NCBI RefSeq assembly: GCF_988243305.1
Contig: NZ_OZ547136.1
Direction: 5' to 3' (one strand)
DNA: 64,000 nucleotides
Position numbers and translations under genes: made by a program. The stretch's first letter is position 1. Each line of letters starts with the position of its first letter. Below are positions 21,408 through 31,876 of the stretch, piece by piece. Below the pieces are notes generated by a model. That model saw nothing but the letters and a program-made list of their open reading frames with translations, did not search any database and was not told the DNA's origin.

Positions 21408-22360
21408 AAAAATCGTGGCGTAACAACGTTGAGTTTTACTTGATCGGCCTGCTGGTGCTAACTGTTGCAGCCTTCAGCATTACTATGCCGGAGATTTTCT
21501 GGTCGATAAGTAATTTCCAGTCCGTCGCTTCGCAAATGCCCGTGCTGGGCATTCTGGCGTTGGCTATGGCGGTGACCATGCTTTGCGGTGGCATTAACTT
21601 GTCAATTATAGCCACTGCTAACGCCTGTTCACTGGTGATGGCGTGGGTGGCGACTCAGTATCCACCGGGTATTGCTACGGTTGTCGCTACGCTGCTGGCG
21701 GGCGCTGGCGCGGCGGTGATAATCGGTTTATGTAACGGCGTATTGATTGCTGGTATTCGAGTGTCGCCAATTCTTGCAACACTCGGGATGATGACGTTGC
21801 TCAAAGGGGTAAATATTCTGGTGACAGGCGGTAGCGCCATTGCCAATTATCCCTCATGGGTGCTGTGGTTGAATCATGCACAGTGGTTCGGTGTTCCGCT
21901 ACCGATGTGGTTGTTTACCGCAGTGTCGCTAGGGCTGTGGATATTGCTGGAGAAAACGCCGCTCGGTAAATCCATTTATCTGATTGGTTCTAACGAACGA
22001 GCAACACTTTACTCCGGCATTAACACTCGTCGGGTGCTGATTTGGGTGTATGTCATTTCCGCCTTGCTTTGTGCGGTAGCGGCATTTTTGATGATGTCGA
22101 AACTCAACTCGGCTAAGGCCTCTTATGGCGAATCGTACTTGCTGGTGTCAATCCTCGCGGCAGTACTCGGCGGGGTTAATCCGGACGGCGGCAGCGGGCG
22201 GATAATTGGTATGGTGCTGGCGCTGTTTCTTCTGCAAATTATTGAAAGCGGCTTCAATATTCTCGGTATAAGCCCCTACCTGACGATGGCCTTATGGGGA
22301 ACGTTGCTGCTCTGTTTCATTCAGGCTCGCGGCATGTTGGGGCTGGATCGGGTGGTTTAA
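21404..22360 (+). CDS. sugar ABC transporter permease
   Basis: ORF 21374..22360; ATG at 21404 (MKKSWRN) overlaps upstream stop as ATGA, ggag 6 nt upstream. Confidence 0.82.
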   Translation: MKKSWRNNVEFYLIGLLVLTVAAFSITMPEIFWSISNFQSVASQMPVLGILALAMAVTMLCGGINLSIIATANACSLVMAWVATQYPPGIATVVATLLAGAGAAVIIGLCNGVLIAGIRVSPILATLGMMTLLKGVNILVTGGSAIANYPSWVLWLNHAQWFGVPLPMWLFTAVSLGLWILLEKTPLGKSIYLIGSNERATLYSGINTRRVLIWVYVISALLCAVAAFLMMSKLNSAKASYGESYLLVSILAAVLGGVNPDGGSGRIIGMVLALFLLQIIESGFNILGISPYLTMALWGTLLLCFIQARGMLGLDRVV

Positions 22361-22446
22361 ATATTGGCTATATTCAATGGACGCGTTTTGCCGCGATGAC
22401 ATATCAGGCATCGCCAAATACACATAGCTAATCAGGAGTAAACACA

Positions 22447-23496
22447 ATGAAGATCAAAGCTGTTGGTGCATATTCCGCTAAACAACCACTTGAACCGATG
22501 GATATCACCCGGCGTGAACCGGGACCGCATGATGTCAAAATTGAAATCGCTTACTGTGGCGTCTGCCATTCCGATATCCACCAGGTCCGTTCCGAGTGGG
22601 CGGGGACGGTTTATCCCTGCGTGCCGGGCCATGAAATTGTAGGGCGCGTGGTAGCTGTTGGTGATCAGGTAGAAAAATATGCGCCGGGCGATCTGGTCGG
22701 TGTCGGCTGTATTGTCGACAGTTGTAAACATTGCGAAGAGTGTGAAGACGGGCTGGAAAACTACTGTGATCACATGACCGGCACCTATAACTCGCCGACG
22801 CCGGACGAACCGGGCCATACTCTGGGCGGCTACTCACAACAGATCGTCGTTCATGAGCGATATGTTCTGCGTATTCGTCACCCGCAAGAGCAGCTGGCGG
22901 CGGTGGCACCTTTGTTGTGTGCAGGGATCACCACGTATTCGCCGCTACGTCACTGGCAGGTCGGTCCGGGTAAAAAAGTGGGCGTGGTCGGCATCGGCGG
23001 TCTGGGACATATGGGGATTAAGCTGGCCCACGCGATGGGGGCGCATGTGGTGGCATTTACCACTTCTGAGTCAAAACGCGAAGCGGCAAAAGCCCTGGGG
23101 GCCGATGAAGTTGTTAACTCACGCAATGCCGATGAGATGGCGGCTCATCTCAAGAGTTTCGATTTCATTTTGAATACAGTAGCTGCGCCACATAATCTCG
23201 ACGATTTTACCACCTTGCTGAAGCGTGATGGCACCATGACGCTGGTTGGTGCGCCTGCGACACCGCATAAATCGCCGGAAGTTTTCAACCTGATCATGAA
23301 ACGCCGTGCGATAGCCGGTTCTATGATTGGCGGCATTCCAGAAACACAGGAGATGCTCGATTTTTGCGCCGAACATGGCATCGTGGCTGATATAGAGATG
23401 ATTCGGGCCGATCAAATTAATGAAGCCTATGAGCGAATGCTGCGTGGTGATGTGAAATATCGTTTTGTTATCGATAATTGCACACTAACAGACTGA
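22447..23496 (+). CDS. yahK: Zn-dependent alcohol dehydrogenase / aldehyde reductase
   Basis: 349-aa ORF; GHEIVG and CxxC zinc motifs; synteny. Confidence 0.93.
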   Translation: MKIKAVGAYSAKQPLEPMDITRREPGPHDVKIEIAYCGVCHSDIHQVRSEWAGTVYPCVPGHEIVGRVVAVGDQVEKYAPGDLVGVGCIVDSCKHCEECEDGLENYCDHMTGTYNSPTPDEPGHTLGGYSQQIVVHERYVLRIRHPQEQLAAVAPLLCAGITTYSPLRHWQVGPGKKVGVVGIGGLGHMGIKLAHAMGAHVVAFTTSESKREAAKALGADEVVNSRNADEMAAHLKSFDFILNTVAAPHNLDDFTTLLKRDGTMTLVGAPATPHKSPEVFNLIMKRRAIAGSMIGGIPETQEMLDFCAEHGIVADIEMIRADQINEAYERMLRGDVKYRFVIDNCTLTD

Positions 23497-23531
23497 AAAA
23501 ATTAATAAATATCCTGTGGTTTAACATATTA

Positions 23532-23573
23532 ATTTCGCTCTCCACTTAACTTTTTAGTTAAGGAGAGCGAAAT
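23532..23573. terminator. long palindrome downstream of yahK (terminator or binding site)
   Basis: Perfect 12-bp arms atttcgctctcc / ggagagcgaaat around an 18-nt loop; no clear T-run. Confidence 0.4.
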
Positions 23574-23738
23574 AATATCAAAGTAGCAGTAAAACCTATA
23601 ACGTAAATTCAAATTGTTAAATTAACTCCCTCCAGGACACAATACTTCACACGTTAGTTATGAGCGATTTCTGATAGTGCATGGTTTAATCAGGGCTTTA
23701 TTATCTGCGACGTTTATTTTTATTTAAGAGAGATCGCG

Positions 23739-24554
23739 ATGATATCATTAAAAGCTCCGCACAATAATTTGATGCCATATACGCAACAAAGCATACTTAA
23801 TACAGTAAAAAACAATCAGTTACCAGAGGATATCAAAAGCTCCCTGGTTTCCTGTGTCGATATATTCAAGGTTTTGATTAAACAATATTATGATTATCCT
23901 TATGATTGTCGTGATGATTTAGTCGATGACGACAAACTCATTCATCTCATGGCTGCCGTACGAGACTGTGAGTGGTCAGACGATAACGCACTCACCATAA
24001 ATGTGCAGTTTAATGATTTCCCAGGATTTTATGACTGGATGGATTACCCTGATCACCCGGTTAAGTTTGTTTTTCGCATACTTGAAAATCAAAAAGGGAC
24101 AGTTTGGGTATATGACCAGGATGATGCGTTTCTTGATATTAAAGCAAATGTGCAGGCTGGACGCTTTACCGGGCTTAAGAAATTAGTGCAGTTTATCGAT
24201 TCAGTGCGAACAGATTGCAAATGTATTCTTCTTGAACACCATATGCCTTTGCTGAGACTTTTCCCTAAAGGGAAAGAGTGTATGCATGTGGAAAAATGGC
24301 TTCGCGAAATGTCGTCTATTCCGGAGACCGACGCACCCATTAAGCAGGCGCTTGCGCATGGATTATTATTACACTTAAAAAATATCTACCCTGTTTTTCC
24401 TGAATCACTGGTGAGGTTATTGCTCTCTGTTCTGGACGTAAAAACATACAGAGATGATGCGCGATTAAATCAATGGATATCTAATAGAGTCCAGGAATTA
24501 GGTGACAGATATTATCCTGTAAATAAGCACGTTAAAATCCGCTACACTCTTTAG
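23739..24554 (+). CDS. yahL: uncharacterized protein
   Basis: 271-aa ORF in AT-rich low-GC context; synteny. Confidence 0.8.
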   Translation: MISLKAPHNNLMPYTQQSILNTVKNNQLPEDIKSSLVSCVDIFKVLIKQYYDYPYDCRDDLVDDDKLIHLMAAVRDCEWSDDNALTINVQFNDFPGFYDWMDYPDHPVKFVFRILENQKGTVWVYDQDDAFLDIKANVQAGRFTGLKKLVQFIDSVRTDCKCILLEHHMPLLRLFPKGKECMHVEKWLREMSSIPETDAPIKQALAHGLLLHLKNIYPVFPESLVRLLLSVLDVKTYRDDARLNQWISNRVQELGDRYYPVNKHVKIRYTL

Positions 24555-24966
24555 TTCAGAAAGGGTTCCACCTGCGAGTTGTTATTCCACCAGAGAGTGA
24601 ATCGCAAAGCAGGTAATCATTTCATCTGTATATCCGTATGCCAAATGGCATTCCACCGCCTTTTTCGCCGATATTTTGTTGTGATCGGCGACGCTTCGCT
24701 TAAAAAAGCATCAGCAGTGGTTTCGCAGCTATACAGTGTATAAAAAATGATCTCATGCAGATGTTTTGTGAATGTGTGGGTTGACATTCATATGAAAAAA
24801 ATCATAATTCCATCATGTTTGTGTGGGGTCTTTTCTGTATCTTACGCATCGCACTCAAGCCTGACAGAAAATATGCTGTAAGGCTCATATCAAAAACCGC
24901 CATTAGCTCATCAGGAAGAGCAGACGACAACCAGGATTGTTGTATGGTACGGGGTTCGAGGCCTCG

Positions 24967-25212
24967 ATGGCGGTCCAACTTTTCATAACTCTTCTGAATC
25001 AGATCCCCTTATTATCATCCCTGCAAAGTGGAACATTGCCATTGTTTGGCTATTCAGGACGGGTCAGAGCAATGAAAAAAGCCCACACAGGGGAGAGTGG
25101 GCTGAAATGGGAAGCTAAAGACTCAAGTAAACTTATCGGAAATAAGGACCACGCATTACGGGGGCTATCATCGCCGATGGTCGGGATTCGGCAAATCAGG
25201 TTGATTACGTAG
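24967..25212 (+). CDS. yahM: small uncharacterized protein
   Basis: ORF 24937..25212; ATG at 24967 gives MAVQLFITLLNQ, 81 aa; synteny. Confidence 0.65.
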   Translation: MAVQLFITLLNQIPLLSSLQSGTLPLFGYSGRVRAMKKAHTGESGLKWEAKDSSKLIGNKDHALRGLSSPMVGIRQIRLIT

Positions 25213-25228
25213 AGAGTAAATTATCTGC

Positions 25229-25900
25229 TCACCGCTGCGTCACCCCTTCGTAAATCAGGCGTAGCGCGAATACACCAATAATTGCACCAATAACCCGACT
25301 GGCAACGCGTTGCATACGCCCATAAGCACGACGCACTGCGGGCAAAGAAAACGCCTGACTAAGAAAGACTCGCCAGATAATTGATGCGAGTACAATCCCC
25401 GCCCAGGCCATTAAACGTGCCCATGTTGGTGTTTCGGCATTTAATGTTACTGAGAAAATACTGATAAAAAATAAAACGGTTTGCGGGTTAGAGAGATCGG
25501 TAATTAATCCGCGGCGAAAAAAAACATACCAGGGGGCGTTAATCGGTTGTTGTAGTGTGCTCATTTGCGGTGTTGACTGGCGGCGCATGCTGCACCACGC
25601 AAACCATAAGAGATAAGCGCCGCCGACGATTCTGATAAGCGAAAAAATCTCCTCGCACTGCGTAATTAACGTCGCCAAACCAAACAAACCCAACCCGGAA
25701 TAAAACGCATCGCCCAGCGCCACGCCCAGCCCGGTCAGCACCCCTGCGCGTCGACCGGAAGCCAGGCTGGTTTGTACTACCACAAAGAGATTGGCTCCCG
25801 GATTAAAAAAAGTAATCACGAACAGTCCTACGGTCAGGTAAACGGCGTGCAAAGGATCCATAGTGATTTCATCCATAAATAAGTGAAGTAACTTCATCAT
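25229..25900 (-). CDS. yahN: LysE/RhtB-family amino-acid exporter
   Basis: 223-aa hydrophobic ORF; synteny. Confidence 0.88.
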   Translation of the reverse strand: MMKLLHLFMDEITMDPLHAVYLTVGLFVITFFNPGANLFVVVQTSLASGRRAGVLTGLGVALGDAFYSGLGLFGLATLITQCEEIFSLIRIVGGAYLLWFAWCSMRRQSTPQMSTLQQPINAPWYVFFRRGLITDLSNPQTVLFFISIFSVTLNAETPTWARLMAWAGIVLASIIWRVFLSQAFSLPAVRRAYGRMQRVASRVIGAIIGVFALRLIYEGVTQR

Positions 25901-26046
25901 ATTTCTACCAAAAATAATCGGGTGCGAGAGAGATCACAAAGTGTCTTATTTCCGGTTACTGGCGTTTATGCCCTGACTGAACTAATTATTAATCAACCCA
26001 ATAATGTGGGTGGGTGATAGTGTGATAACAACTCTGGAGCCGTAAT

Positions 26047-26322
26047 ATGAAAATAATCTCTAAAATGTTAGTCGGTGCGTTAGCGTTTGCCGTTACCAAT
26101 GTCTATGCCGCAGAATTAATGACCAAAGCGGAATTTGAAAAGGTTGAATCGCAATATGAAAAAATAGGTGATATTTCAACCAGTAATGAAATGTCGACTG
26201 CAGATGCAAAAGAAGATTTAATCAAAAAAGCCGATGAAAAAGGGGCTGATGTGTTGGTACTGACCTCCGGTCAAACTGACAATAAGATCCACGGCACGGC
26301 AAATATTTATAAGAAGAAGTAA
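26047..26322 (+). CDS. yahO: small periplasmic protein (DUF1471 family)
   Basis: 91-aa ORF with signal peptide [21 protein letters not shown]. Confidence 0.85.
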   Translation: MKIISKMLVGALAFAVTNVYAAELMTKAEFEKVESQYEKIGDISTSNEMSTADAKEDLIKKADEKGADVLVLTSGQTDNKIHGTANIYKKK

Positions 26323-26388
26323 TTCTGAATCCTATGTAAACATCCCCGATGCGTAAGTTTATCGGTGATCATCATCTATTGAAATTTA

Positions 26389-26421
26389 TGCCGGATAAAG
26401 CGTTCGCGCTGCATTCGGCAG
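26389..26421. repeat. REP-like palindromic element
   Basis: tgccggataaagcgttcgcgctgcattcggcag imperfect palindrome between convergent yahO and prpR. Confidence 0.5.
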
Positions 26422-26422
26422 T

Positions 26423-28009
26423 TCAGTTTTTCAGCCGCCGCCAGAACGTCGTCCGGCTTATGCCTAAATAATTCGCCGCTGCTGTTTTATCGCCTTTAAA
26501 TTTCTCCAGTGCCTGTTGTGGTGTCAGTAAGCGTGGAGCGGGAATTTTCGCCGACTCGCGCGCCAGTTCCGGCAGTAGCAGCTGCAAAAATTGCGGCGTT
26601 AAATCCGGCGTCGGTTCCACACTTAAAAACAGCGCCAGTCGCTCCATCATATTGCGCAGTTCACGAATATTGCCCGGCCAGTCGTAGTGCACCAGCACGG
26701 TTTCGCTTGCCTGTAACCCCTGGCGTAATGCGGCAGAAAACGGGGCGGAGAGCGCCGCCAGAGACACTTTCAAAAAGCTTTCCGCCAGCGGCAGAATATC
26801 CGCCACCCGCTCGCGCAGTGGTGGCAATTGCAGACGCAAAATACTCAGCCGATAAAACAGATCACGGCGAAAACGTCCTTGCTGCATATCTTCTTCCAGA
26901 TTGCAGTGAGTGGCGCTAATGACCCGCACATCTAACGGAACAGGCTGATGCCCGCCGACGCGGGTGACCTCTTTTTCTTCCAGCACCCGTAACAGGCGAG
27001 TCTGCAACGGTAGCGGCATTTCGCCAATCTCATCCAGAAACAGCGTACCGCCGTGGGCAATTTCGAACAGCCCGGCGCGACCTCCACGTCGCGAGCCGGT
27101 GAACGCCCCTTCCTCATAGCCAAACAGCTCTGCTTCCAGCAGCGATTCGGCAATCGCCCCGCAGTTGACGGCAACAAACGGATGCGACTTTTTGCCCTGT
27201 CGCGCATCGTGGCGGGCAAAATATTCCCGATGAATCGCCTGGGCCGCCAGCTCTTTGCCCGTCCCCGTTTCCCCTTCAATCAACACCGCTGCACTGGAGC
27301 GGGCATACAGCAAAATAGTCTGCCGTACCTGTTCCATCTGTGGTGATTGACCGAGCATATCGCCCAGCACGTAACGAGTACGCAGGGCGTTGCGGGTGGC
27401 ATCGTGAGTGTTATGGCGTAACGACATGCGCGTCATATCCAGCGCATCGCTGAATGCCTGGCGCACGGTGGCGGCGGAATAGATAAAAATTCCGGTCATT
27501 CCGGCTTCTTCTGCCAAATCGGTAATCAGCCCCGCGCCGACCACCGCTTCGGTGCCGTTAGCTTTCAGCTCGTTAATCTGCCCGCGCGCGTCTTCTTCGG
27601 TAATGTAGCTACGTTGGTCGAGGCGCAAATTAAAGGTTTTTTGAAACGCCACTAGCGCCGGAATAGTTTCCTGATAAGTCACAACGCCGATAGAAGAGGT
27701 GAGTTTTCCGGCTTTTGCCAGTGCCTGTAACACATCGTAGCCGCTCGGTTTAATCAAAATAACTGGCACTGACAGGCGGCTTTTAAGATATGCGCCGTTA
27801 GAGCCAGCAGCGATGATGGCGTCGCAGCGTTCGCTGGCCAGTTTTTTGCGGATGTAGGTCACCGCTTTTTCAAAGCCAAGCTGGATAGGGGTAATGTTCG
27901 CCAGATGATCAAACTCGAGGCTGATATCGCGAAACAGCTCGAACAGGCGCGTTACAGATACCGTCCAGATAACCGGTTTGTCGTCATTCAGCCGTGGTGG
28001 ATGTGCCAT
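26423..28009 (-). CDS. prpR: sigma54-dependent activator of the prp operon
   Basis: ORF 26423..28021; ATG at 28009 gives [15 protein letters not shown]; AAA+ sigma54-activator motifs (GETGTGKE) and C-terminal HTH. Confidence 0.93.
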   Translation of the reverse strand: MAHPPRLNDDKPVIWTVSVTRLFELFRDISLEFDHLANITPIQLGFEKAVTYIRKKLASERCDAIIAAGSNGAYLKSRLSVPVILIKPSGYDVLQALAKAGKLTSSIGVVTYQETIPALVAFQKTFNLRLDQRSYITEEDARGQINELKANGTEAVVGAGLITDLAEEAGMTGIFIYSAATVRQAFSDALDMTRMSLRHNTHDATRNALRTRYVLGDMLGQSPQMEQVRQTILLYARSSAAVLIEGETGTGKELAAQAIHREYFARHDARQGKKSHPFVAVNCGAIAESLLEAELFGYEEGAFTGSRRGGRAGLFEIAHGGTLFLDEIGEMPLPLQTRLLRVLEEKEVTRVGGHQPVPLDVRVISATHCNLEEDMQQGRFRRDLFYRLSILRLQLPPLRERVADILPLAESFLKVSLAALSAPFSAALRQGLQASETVLVHYDWPGNIRELRNMMERLALFLSVEPTPDLTPQFLQLLLPELARESAKIPAPRLLTPQQALEKFKGDKTAAANYLGISRTTFWRRLKN

Positions 28010-28049
28010 AGCGCACCGCAAAGTTAAGAAACCGAATATTGGGTTTAGT

Positions 28050-28112
28050 CTTGTTTCATAATTGTTGCAATGAAACGCGGTGAAACATTGCCTGAAACGT
28101 TAACTGAAACGC
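28050..28112. promoter_or_regulatory. putative PrpR enhancer (repeated TGAAAC motifs)
   Basis: Palindrome gtttcat-N12-atgaaac followed by three further tgaaac repeats, upstream of the sigma54 promoter. Confidence 0.5.
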
Positions 28113-28185
28113 ATATTTGCGGATTACTTCATGACTATATTGCTAACAAATTGAAATTAAACATTTAATTTTATTAAGACAATTG

Positions 28186-28200
28186 TGGCACACCCCTTGC
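28186..28200 (+). promoter_or_regulatory. sigma54 (-24/-12) promoter of prpBCDE
   Basis: TGGCAC-N5-TTGC at 28186..28200, about 48 nt upstream of the prpB ATG. Confidence 0.75.
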
Positions 28201-28247
28201 TTTGTGTTTATCAACGCAAATAACAAGTTGATAACAAAGGATGGGCT

Positions 28248-29138
28248 ATGTCTCTACACTCTCCAGGTAAAGCGTTTCGCGCTGCACTGACTAAAGAAAA
28301 TCCATTGCAGATTGTTGGCACCATTAACGCTAACCATGCGCTGCTGGCGCAGCGTGCCGGATATCAGGCGATTTATCTTTCCGGCGGTGGCGTGGCGGCA
28401 GGTTCGCTGGGGCTGCCGGATCTCGGTATTTCTACCCTTGATGACGTGCTGACAGATATTCGCCGTATCACCGACGTTTGTTCGCTGCCGCTGCTGGTGG
28501 ATGCGGATATCGGTTTTGGTTCTTCTGCTTTTAACGTGGCGCGCACCGTGAAATCGATGATTAAAGCCGGTGCGGCAGGACTGCATATTGAAGATCAGGT
28601 TGGTGCGAAACGCTGCGGTCATCGCCCGAACAAAGCGATCGTCTCGAAAGAGGAAATGGTGGATCGGATCCGCGCGGCGGTGGATGCGAAAACCGATCCT
28701 GATTTTGTGATCATGGCGCGCACCGATGCGCTGGCAGTAGAGGGGCTGGACGCCGCGATCGAGCGTGCGCAGGCCTATGTTGAAGCGGGTGCCGAGATGT
28801 TGTTCCCGGAGGCGATTACCGAACTCGCCATGTACCGCCAGTTTGCCGATGCGGTGCAGGTGCCGATCCTCGCCAACATCACCGAATTTGGTGCAACACC
28901 GCTGTTTACCACCGACGAATTACGCAGCGCCCATGTTGCAATGGCGCTGTACCCGCTTTCAGCGTTTCGCGCCATGAACCGCGCCGCCGAACATGTCTAC
29001 AACGTCCTGCGTCAGGAAGGCACGCAGAAAAGCGTCATCGACACCATGCAAACCCGCAACGAGCTGTACGAAAGCATCAATTACTACCAGTACGAAGAGA
29101 AGCTCGACGACCTGTTTGCCCGTAGCCAGGTGAAATAA
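28248..29138 (+). CDS. prpB: 2-methylisocitrate lyase
   Basis: 296-aa ORF, PEP mutase/isocitrate lyase family; synteny. Confidence 0.95.
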   Translation: MSLHSPGKAFRAALTKENPLQIVGTINANHALLAQRAGYQAIYLSGGGVAAGSLGLPDLGISTLDDVLTDIRRITDVCSLPLLVDADIGFGSSAFNVARTVKSMIKAGAAGLHIEDQVGAKRCGHRPNKAIVSKEEMVDRIRAAVDAKTDPDFVIMARTDALAVEGLDAAIERAQAYVEAGAEMLFPEAITELAMYRQFADAVQVPILANITEFGATPLFTTDELRSAHVAMALYPLSAFRAMNRAAEHVYNVLRQEGTQKSVIDTMQTRNELYESINYYQYEEKLDDLFARSQVK

Positions 29139-29182
29139 AACACAACGAAAAATATCTCGACCCTACAAATGACGAGGACAAT

Positions 29183-30352
29183 ATGAGCGACACAACGATC
29201 CTGCAAAACAGTACCCATGTCATTAAACCGAAAAAATCGGTGGCACTTTCTGGCGTTCCGGCGGGCAATACGGCGCTCTGCACCGTGGGTAAAAGTGGCA
29301 ATGATTTGCATTACCGAGGCTACGACATTCTTGATCTGGCGGAACATTGCGAATTTGAAGAAGTGGCGCATCTGCTGATCCACGGCAAACTGCCGACCCG
29401 TGACGAACTCGCCGCCTACAAAACGAAACTGAAAGCCCTGCGCGGTTTACCGGCTAACGTGCGTACCGTGCTGGAAGCCTTACCGGCGGCGTCGCACCCG
29501 ATGGATGTTATGCGCACCGGCGTTTCCGCGCTCGGCTGCACGCTGCCAGAAAAAGAGGGGCATACCGTCTCTGGCGCGCGGGATATTGCCGACAAACTGC
29601 TGGCGTCACTTAGCTCGATTCTTCTCTACTGGTATCACTACAGCCACAACGGCGAACGCATTCAGCCGGAAACCGATGACGACTCCATCGGCGGTCACTT
29701 CCTGCATCTGCTGCATGGCGAAAAGCCGTCGCAAAGCTGGGAAAAGGCGATGCATATTTCGCTGGTGCTGTACGCCGAACACGAGTTTAACGCCTCCACC
29801 TTTACCAGCCGGGTGATTGCGGGCACCGGCTCTGATATGTATTCCGCGATTATTGGCGCGATTGGTGCACTGCGCGGGCCGAAGCACGGCGGGGCGAATG
29901 AAGTGTCGCTGGAGATCCAGCAACGCTACGAAACGCCGGACGAAGCCGAAGCCGATATCCGCAAGCGGGTGGAAAACAAAGAAGTGGTCATTGGTTTTGG
30001 TCATCCGGTTTATACCATCGCCGACCCGCGTCATCAGGTGATCAAACGTGTGGCGAAGCAGCTCTCGCAGGAAGGCGGCTCGCTGAAGATGTACAACATC
30101 GCCGATCGCCTGGAAACGGTGATGTGGGAGAGCAAAAAGATGTTCCCCAATCTCGACTGGTTCTCTGCTGTTTCCTACAACATGATGGGCGTTCCCACCG
30201 AGATGTTCACCCCACTGTTTGTTATCGCCCGCGTCACCGGCTGGGCGGCGCACATTATCGAACAACGTCAGGACAACAAAATTATCCGTCCTTCCGCCAA
30301 TTATGTTGGACCGGAAGACCGCCAGTTTGTCGCTCTGGATAAGCGCCAGTAA
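29183..30352 (+). CDS. prpC: 2-methylcitrate synthase
   Basis: 389-aa ORF, citrate synthase family; synteny. Confidence 0.95.
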   Translation: MSDTTILQNSTHVIKPKKSVALSGVPAGNTALCTVGKSGNDLHYRGYDILDLAEHCEFEEVAHLLIHGKLPTRDELAAYKTKLKALRGLPANVRTVLEALPAASHPMDVMRTGVSALGCTLPEKEGHTVSGARDIADKLLASLSSILLYWYHYSHNGERIQPETDDDSIGGHFLHLLHGEKPSQSWEKAMHISLVLYAEHEFNASTFTSRVIAGTGSDMYSAIIGAIGALRGPKHGGANEVSLEIQQRYETPDEAEADIRKRVENKEVVIGFGHPVYTIADPRHQVIKRVAKQLSQEGGSLKMYNIADRLETVMWESKKMFPNLDWFSAVSYNMMGVPTEMFTPLFVIARVTGWAAHIIEQRQDNKIIRPSANYVGPEDRQFVALDKRQ

Positions 30353-30385
30353 ACCTCTACGAATAACAATAAGGAAACGTACCCA

Positions 30386-31837
30386 ATGTCAGCTCAAATC
30401 AACAACATCCGCCCGGAATTTGATCGTGAAATCGTTGATATCGTCGATTACGTCATGAACTACGAAATCAGCTCCAAAGTAGCCTACGATACCGCCCATT
30501 ACTGCCTGCTCGACACTCTCGGCTGCGGTCTTGAAGCTCTCGAATACCCAGCCTGTAAAAAACTGCTGGGGCCAATTGTCCCCGGCACCGTCGTACCTAA
30601 CGGCGTGCGCGTCCCCGGAACTCAGTTCCAGCTCGACCCCGTCCAGGCGGCATTTAACATCGGCGCGATGATCCGTTGGCTCGATTTCAACGATACCTGG
30701 CTGGCGGCGGAGTGGGGCCATCCTTCCGACAACCTCGGCGGCATTCTGGCAACGGCGGACTGGCTTTCGCGCAACGCGGTCGCCAGCGGCAAAGCGCCGT
30801 TGACCATGAAGCAGGTGCTGACCGCAATGATTAAAGCCCATGAAATTCAGGGCTGCATCGCGCTGGAAAACTCCTTTAACCGCGTCGGCCTCGACCACGT
30901 TCTGTTAGTGAAAGTGGCTTCCACCGCCGTGGTCGCCGAAATGCTCGGCCTGACCCGCGAGGAAATTCTCAACGCCGTTTCGCTGGCGTGGGTGGACGGT
31001 CAGTCGCTGCGCACCTATCGCCATGCGCCGAACACCGGCACGCGTAAATCCTGGGCGGCGGGCGATGCCACTTCCCGCGCGGTACGTCTGGCACTGATGG
31101 CGAAAACGGGTGAAATGGGTTACCCGTCAGCCCTGACTGCGCCTGTGTGGGGCTTCTACGACGTCTCCTTCAAAGGTGAATCGTTCCGCTTCCAGCGCCC
31201 GTACGGTTCTTACGTCATGGAAAATGTGCTGTTCAAAATCTCCTTCCCGGCGGAGTTCCACTCCCAGACGGCAGTTGAAGCAGCGATGACGCTCTATGAA
31301 CAGATGCAGGCAGCAGGCAAAACGGCGGCAGATATCGAAAAAGTGACCATTCGCACCCACGAAGCCTGTATTCGCATCATCGACAAAAAAGGACCGCTCA
31401 ATAACCCGGCAGACCGCGATCACTGCATTCAGTACATGGTGGCGATCCCGCTGCTATTCGGGCGCTTAACGGCGGCAGATTACGAAGACAACGTTGCGCA
31501 AGATAAACGCATTGACGCCCTGCGCGAGAAGATCAATTGCTTTGAAGATCCGGCGTTTACCGCTGACTACCACGACCCGGAAAAACGCGCCATCGCCAAT
31601 GCCATAACCCTTGAGTTCACCGACGGCACGCGATTTGAAGAAGTGGTAGTGGAGTACCCAATTGGTCATGCTCGCCGCCGTCAGGATGGCATTCCGAAAC
31701 TGGTCGATAAATTCAAAATCAATCTCACGCGCCAGTTCCCGACTCGCCAGCAGCAGCGCATTCTGGAGGTTTCTCTCGACAGAGCTCGCCTGGAACAGAT
31801 GCCGGTCAATGAGTATCTCGACCTGTATGTCATTTAA
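30386..31837 (+). CDS. prpD: 2-methylcitrate dehydratase
   Basis: 483-aa ORF; synteny. Confidence 0.95.
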   Translation: MSAQINNIRPEFDREIVDIVDYVMNYEISSKVAYDTAHYCLLDTLGCGLEALEYPACKKLLGPIVPGTVVPNGVRVPGTQFQLDPVQAAFNIGAMIRWLDFNDTWLAAEWGHPSDNLGGILATADWLSRNAVASGKAPLTMKQVLTAMIKAHEIQGCIALENSFNRVGLDHVLLVKVASTAVVAEMLGLTREEILNAVSLAWVDGQSLRTYRHAPNTGTRKSWAAGDATSRAVRLALMAKTGEMGYPSALTAPVWGFYDVSFKGESFRFQRPYGSYVMENVLFKISFPAEFHSQTAVEAAMTLYEQMQAAGKTAADIEKVTIRTHEACIRIIDKKGPLNNPADRDHCIQYMVAIPLLFGRLTAADYEDNVAQDKRIDALREKINCFEDPAFTADYHDPEKRAIANAITLEFTDGTRFEEVVVEYPIGHARRRQDGIPKLVDKFKINLTRQFPTRQQQRILEVSLDRARLEQMPVNEYLDLYVI

Positions 31838-31876
31838 GTAAACGGCGGTAAGGCGTAAGTTCAACAGGAGAGCATT

